Origin: Eledone cirrhosa
Lineage: Eukaryota
Assembly (NCBI GenBank): GCA_964016885.1
Contig: OZ024748.1
Location: 42,408,001 to 42,472,000 of the forward strand
Length of the DNA stretch: 64,000 bases
Direction of reading: 5' to 3'
The number at the start of each line of letters is the position of its first letter. Positions within the stretch are counted from its first letter, which is position 1. The notes below the pieces were generated by a model, which saw nothing but the letters and a program-made list of their open reading frames with translations, was not told where the DNA came from and did not search any database. Position numbers and translations under genes: made by a program. Below, piece by piece: positions 59,408 through 64,000 of this stretch.

Positions 59408-60552
59408 CTAGGGCGGGTAAAATTCCCGAGATCCATGGACGAGTTCTCTCCAGCAGTCTCTGTCCCTCATAATCGCTGCCATGTCCTGTGTCTCCAACAG
59501 ACCAGTGTCTGTCCTTAGGGCATCAACATACGTTAACCTTGGTCTTCCACTTCCAGTGTGTCCATGTAGGGGCTCCCAAAGGAGCACTGAGTGCAATGTC
59601 AACTCTGGATGTCGGTGAGCATGTCCAGCTAACCTCAGTCTCCTCTGTGTCACTTTTGAGCTGACTTTTGGGATGCTCCCATACAGCTCTGAGTTTTTCA
59701 TCCTCAGTGTATACTGATTAATGTTCAGAGCTATAGCGGAGATTACTGGTTGCATGAATGTAACAAAACGAGACAATGTTTGTGTATATAATATTTAATT
59801 AACGGTAGATAGAATACTTGACATGTCAAAGATAGATGTTAGAATGAACCAAAGTTAGTAGTTACCGTTTTGATTGCCAGGCAAACGCGGCTGGCAGAGG
59901 GCGCCTGGCCTTAGCCAGGCGCCTGTTGGCCAAATTAATGGCAGAGCCAAATGAGAAGACTCTTGACCTGGTGCCGAAAAGGCAAAGAGAGAGAGGAAGC
60001 TCAAAGCCGCCAGTTTTATAGGGCTCTGACCGGAAGTTGCAGAAAGGGTTCCACTTCCCGTCTAGATCCCAATCAAAACAAGGGAGACAACCGCTACCAG
60101 AGCCATCCTCAGCATTCTCGTGTAGCACCCATCCACCATCTGATATCGGATGCTGAATTTTCCGACGACATAGTTTTGGTGACAAATACAGTGAAGGAGG
60201 CAGAGGATTTGATGCAGGAGGTTGAGACTGTGTCGATGAGTGTGGGGCTGAGAATGAATGAGACTAAAACAAAATATCTGGTAGAGAATGTTGAGAAGCC
60301 AGAGGGGATCACTAATGTAGGCGGGAAACCGCTAGAATTGGTTGAGGACTTCCTGTATTTGGGAGCAAAGATTAGGAATACGGAAGATGATGTGGTTGAA
60401 AGGAAGAGCAAAGCCTGGGCGGCGTGCCACAGCTTGAGATCGGTGTGGAAGTCGGACCTTCGTAAAGACCTGAAAATCCGCCTCTTCATTGCTGTAGTGG
60501 AGTCTGTGCTGCTGTACGGGTCTGAGACTTGGACACTGACCAAGAAACTGTT

Positions 60553-60553
<1 letters not shown>
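59408..60553. mobile_element. RTE-like family D LINE in two oppositely oriented pieces (59408-59735 minus; about 60110-60553 plus)
   Basis: Plus piece: EFSDDIVL..FLYLGA..LLYGSETWTLTKKL. Minus piece: ALNINQY..RRLRLAGH..GRPRLTY..REFYPP*. Confidence 0.85.
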
Positions 60554-60605
<52 letters not shown>

Positions 60606-61299
60606 GTCAACTCGTCAACCAGGCAAAGTCTGTAAGACTAGAACTATCCTATGTTTAGCAACACTTGCACATGGGGTCCCGGAGGTTAAGGTGGACTTCG
60701 ACCCCTACTCCTTACACACACTCTCCCTTGCTTCGAGACTCAGAGGCAAACATTGCTTCCTTGTATCATCTCAGCCCTCTTCAACCAGCCTCTCTGTTAT
60801 CTGTAGCTCTCCAACAGCGCCGATTACCTGTCACCTGTCACCAGTAGATGATAAAAAACCTCGCCGTCACTGAATCAATTACTAATTAATTGTGGGTGAA
60901 GTTAACGTTTTAACGTGTGCTGACATCGAACGACAGACGCCAAGTTCCAGCCTACCCCGGAGTTCATAGCTACTCTCCGTTTGAAATACACAGACATCCA
61001 AGCTTCTGTAAGTCATATCTCTTTGTCCTCACCTTCTAAGAAGGATGTGATAACTACCCTGAGATCCTTCCCCAGGTAGTAGCAGTGTCAAGGGGGATGG
61101 CTTGCAACATGGCCACCTTACAGACAAAATGTCCACACACCGTCGAGGTTGAATTAGTATGTCTGTTTTAGTGAATTACTGCTCTTAATAATTCTCTCTT
61201 CCTCCGAGTCAGCCTTCTACCCTTGTCATGCCGCCATCTTCTCTTAACCGCATTACATACATTGTAAAAACAAAACAAAACAAAACCCCCGAAATTAGT

Positions 61300-62870
61300 T
61301 CTGATTTAGACACAAGGCCAACAATGTTTTGGGGAGAGGAAAGTCAATTAAATCGACCCAGTGCATTACTGGTACTTTATTTTATCGACCCCGTAAAAAT
61401 GAAAGGCAAAGTTCACCTCGGTGGGATTTAAACTCAGAACGTAAAGGGCAATAACTCTATGCTGCAAAGCATGGTGTCTGACTCTCTACCGATACTGCCA
61501 ATCTATCGCCTTAATAATAATAATAATGGCACAAAGCCAGTAATTTGGGGGGTGGGAAAAGTCAATTAAATCGAATCCAATGCATTACTGGTACTTTATT
61601 TTATCAACTCCGTAAGGATGAAAGGCAAAGCTAACGCAAAGGGCCGTAACTCTATGCCACGAAGCATTTACTCCGACGCTCTACAGGTTCTGCCAATCCA
61701 CCACCCATAATAATAATTGTTTCTACTTTTGACACACGGCCAGCAATTATTCCAGTACATTACTGGTACTTTATTTTATCGACCCCGTAAGGTTGAAAGA
61801 CAAAGTTAACCTCGGCGGGATTTTAACACAGACCGTAAGGGGCCGTAACTCTTTGCTGCAAAGCATGGCGTCCGACAAGGCCAACAATCCCTGGGGGAGG
61901 GGAAAATTGACCAAATCGACCCCAAGTGTGTGACTAGATATAGAGGAAGAATCAACCCCAGGTGTGTTTAAAATGTGGAATAACAATTTAACCTTTTTTG
62001 AATCTTCTTCCATTCTGTCAAATGTTGTCATGTCAATATAGTTCCCTATTCTTTCTTCTCTTTTGTTTCCCCCTTTTTTAAAATTAATTCCGTCATTATA
62101 GTTGTCATTATTTTGCGGTGGATTTGGCAGTAGAATCGGTAGAGGGTTGGACGCCATGCTTTCCAGCATAGTTACGTCCCTTAACGATTTGAGTTCAAAT
62201 CCCGCCGAGGTTGACTTTGCCTTTCATCCTTACGGGGTCGATAAAATAAAGTACCAGTAATACACTGATAAATTGCTAGCCTTGTGCCAAAAGTAGAAAC
62301 AATTATTTTGTGGTGGATTGGCAGTATCGGTAGAGGGTCGGACGCCATGCTTTGTTTACGGCCCTTGCCATTCTGAGTTCAAATCTCGTCGAGGTTAACT
62401 TTGCCTTTCATTCTTACGGGGGCGATAAAATAAAGTACCAGTAATGCACTGGGTAACTGCTGGCCTTGTGCCTAAAGTAGAAACAATTATTTTGGATTGG
62501 CAGTATCGGTAGAGGGTCTGACGCCATGCTTTGCAGCATAGAGTTACGGCCCTTTATGATCTGAGTTCAAATCCTACCGAGGTTAACTTTGCCTTTCATC
62601 CTTACAGGGGTCGATAAAATAAAGTACCAGTAATGTACTGGAGTCGATTTAATCGACTTTTCCCTCCCCGAAATTGCTGGCCTTGTGTCTATATAAGAAA
62701 CCATATAAATATAGTACCAGTAATGTAGTGACTTTTGCTGGCCTTGTGCCAATAGTAGAAACAATTATTATTATTATTGTTACTGTAAATAATTGTTTCT
62801 ACTTTTGGCACAAGGCCAGCAATTACCCAGTACATTACTGGTACTTTATTTTATCGACCCCGTAAGGATA
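61300..62870. mobile_element. Cluster of about 8 Nin-like SINE copies or fragments (minus 61300-61935; plus 62115-62770; minus 62790-62868)
   Basis: Repeated GTACTTTATTTTATCGACCCCGTAAGGATGAAAGGCAAAG and its reverse complement. Confidence 0.92.
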
Positions 62871-63299
62871 ATATCATGTTTATACAGTTTTTATCATAAA
62901 TAAATTGTCCAATTCTTAAAAATATATTGAAACGTTTTTGAGTCTATAAGATACTGAATTAACTCCATTTTTGTGGGGGGTTCAAAGCGAAAGTTAACCG
63001 TGGCGGAGATAGAACCCAGAACTCCGATATAATATAAATATTATATATATACCATTTAGCAATTAAAAACAACCGTTTATAAGTTAGAATTTATTTTTGT
63101 CTCCGTTAAGTGTGTCTCCACCATTAACTAATAACCTCTCTTACACTTGCAATACATTAAAAGACAAGACCGGGTTTTGATGTGAATGGAAGCAGTCACG
63201 TGCTAGAACTAAACTGTGGACGACGGCAGCGAGGAGGAGGGAGAGGGAACGGTAGTGAGGGAGGGAGAGAGCGTGGAAGAGACGGAGATTGTTAGAGGG

Positions 63300-63677
63300 C
63301 CAGAGTAGATAATGAATGAATGAATGAATGAGAGTAAGAAAATAGTAAAGTGTGCGTATGTGTGAGGGAGGGAGAGAGAGAGTAATAAGATAGTGAGAGA
63401 GAGAGAGAGTCAGAAGAAAAGAAAGAATGAATGAAAGAGTAATAAGATAGTAAAGTGTGTGAGAGAGAAGGGTAATAAGCTAGTGAAGAGAGTGAGAAAG
63501 GGTAATAAGCTAGAGAGAGAGAGTGAGAAAGGGTAATAAGCTAGAGAGAGAGAGAGTTAGAAAGGGTAATAAGCTAGTAGAGAGAGAAAGGGTAATACGC
63601 TAGTAGAAAGAGAGAGAGAAAGAGAAAGGGTAATAAGCTAGTAGTGTGAGAGAGGGAAAGAGAAAGGGTAATGAGCT

Positions 63678-63708
<31 letters not shown>

Positions 63709-64000
63709 AAGAGTAATAAGCTAATGAAGTGAGAGAGAGAGAGAGAAAAAGAAAGGGTAATACGTTAGTAGAGAGAGGGTAATAAGCCAGTAAGAGACAG
63801 ATAGACAGAGAGAAAGGGTAATACGCTAATAAAGAGAGAAAGAGCAATAAACTAGTACAAAGAGAGAATGAGAAAGAGTAATACGCTAGTAGAGAGATAG
63901 AGAGAGTAATAAGCTAGTAGAGAGAGAAAGAGTAAAATGTAAGTAGAGAGAAAGAGTAATAAGCTAGTCGAGAGAGAGAAAGGGTAAGCCAGTAGAGAGA
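63300..64000. repeat. Purine-rich minisatellite GGGTAATAAGCTAGTA(GA)n
   Basis: Direct reading. Confidence 0.95.

Noticed and set aside
59736-60110. Solo LTR
   Set aside because: The composition is suggestive, but I found no TG...CA termini, TSD or second copy.

Overview
This is repeat-dominated eukaryotic DNA with no intact cellular gene that I can support. The mix of very long (TA)n tracts, RTE LINEs with (GAT)n tails, CORE-type and Nin-type tRNA SINEs and Penelope remnants suggests an octopod cephalopod; that is inference, not a database result. Main contents: (1) many RTE-clade LINE copies from at least five families; (2) a near-full-length but frameshifted L1/Tx1-clade LINE (15147-20786) and a 5'-truncated sister copy with a 16-bp TSD; (3) a TTAA-flanked piggyBac-like MITE whose internal 72-bp unit has expanded into a satellite and hosts both an RTE and the Tx1 insertion (9168-21035); (4) a GIY-YIG Penelope-like fragment and about 20 complete or partial hammerhead-ribozyme (HHR) motifs in small elements embedded in (TA)n, many in fold-back palindromes; (5) Helitron-like ends, minisatellites and a 200-N gap. 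The most unusual signal is a repeat family (2127-2228, 56318-56419, partial 25874-25923) whose three hammerhead core strands occur in an order that is not a circular permutation of known types. Its pseudoknotted helices show compensatory changes between copies, so it is a candidate new HHR topology. All structures were read by eye, with no folding or alignment software, and boundaries are approximate.
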